A stretch of 64,000 bases of DNA from Eledone cirrhosa (Eukaryota): positions 3,472,001-3,536,000 of the forward strand of contig OZ024744.1 of the NCBI GenBank assembly GCA_964016885.1. The letters run 5' to 3'. Both the position numbers and the translations under genes were made by a program. Position 1 is the first letter of the stretch, and every line of letters starts with the position of its first letter. Shown here piece by piece: positions 63,751 through 64,000 of the stretch. The notes beneath the pieces are model-generated. The model was not told where the DNA came from. It was given only the letters and a program-made list of their open reading frames with translations, and ran no database searches.

Positions 63751-64000
63751 GGTAGATAAAGATAGCTTGGTGAAGAACGAAGTTTTGGGGGAAGACAAGG
63801 TAGAGAAAGATAGCTTGCGAAGAACGAAGTTTTGGGGGAAGACAAGGTAGAGAAAGATAGCTTGGTGAAGAACGAAGTTTTGGGGGAGGACAAGGTAGAG
63901 AAAGATAGCTTGGTGAAGAACGACGTTTTGAGGGAAGACAAGGTAGAGAAAGATAGCTTGGTGAAGAACGACGTTTTGAGGGAAGACAAGGTAGAGAAAG

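Larger units (their letters stand above)
1..64000 (+). repeat. 48-bp tandem satellite array, about 1,330 monomers, single orientation, open at both window ends
   Basis: The consensus TTGGTGAAGAACGAAGTTTTGGGGGAAGACAAGGTAGAGAAAGATAGC recurs continuously from the first full monomer at 31. Monomers are 47-49 bp and typically differ from consensus at 0-4 positions. No intervening unique DNA was seen. Consensus composition is A18 G18 T9 C3. Confidence 0.99.

Noticed and set aside
270-63850. Many short plus-strand ORFs (MVKNEVLGEDKVEKDS...) as a gene family
   Set aside because: The starts are just the monomer's TTG and the ends are frameshift-induced TAG. There are no unique domains or intergenic sequences, so they are not called as CDS.
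239-63989. Giant minus-strand ORFs (up to 4,296 aa) in all three frames
   Set aside because: The plus-strand consensus lacks TTA, CTA and TCA, so all three reverse frames are stop-free by composition. ORFs end only at rare variants (GTCAAG, GTTATG, GCTAGA), cycle among three low-complexity peptides, overlap each other and start at arbitrary TTG codons.
1-64000. CRISPR array or a repeat-plus-variable-cassette system
   Set aside because: There are no unique spacers; the variable part is a few point variants of one sequence. No leader, cas, recombinase or reverse transcriptase gene is present.
1-64000. Canonical G-quadruplex array
   Set aside because: Runs of three or more G are about 43 nt apart, far beyond canonical loop lengths. 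Only weak two-tier or intermolecular structures are conceivable.

Overview
The whole 64-kb window is one uninterrupted, head-to-tail tandem array (satellite DNA) of a 48-bp monomer, consensus TTGGTGAAGAACGAAGTTTTGGGGGAAGACAAGGTAGAGAAAGATAGC. It holds about 1,330 copies, all in one orientation, and the array runs off both ends. I saw no unique sequence, conventional gene, RNA gene, transposon or CRISPR spacer. The giant minus-strand ORFs are compositional artefacts. The short plus-strand ORFs are runs of the 16-aa repeat LVKNEVLGEDKVEKDS, cut by recurrent 47-bp monomers. The informative structure lies in the monomer variants: a linked 47-bp monomer and a 47/48/49 triplet, reusable multi-monomer modules, nested tandem duplications of about 0.4 to 10.4 kb, two variant domains meeting near 43.2 kb, and nested mutations suggesting the right end is older. 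CpG-decay variants suggest a methylated, probably eukaryotic (heterochromatic) satellite, but I cannot identify the organism or a named family. Offsets were read by eye from diagnostic variants and the ORF track, so block boundaries are good to about one monomer.
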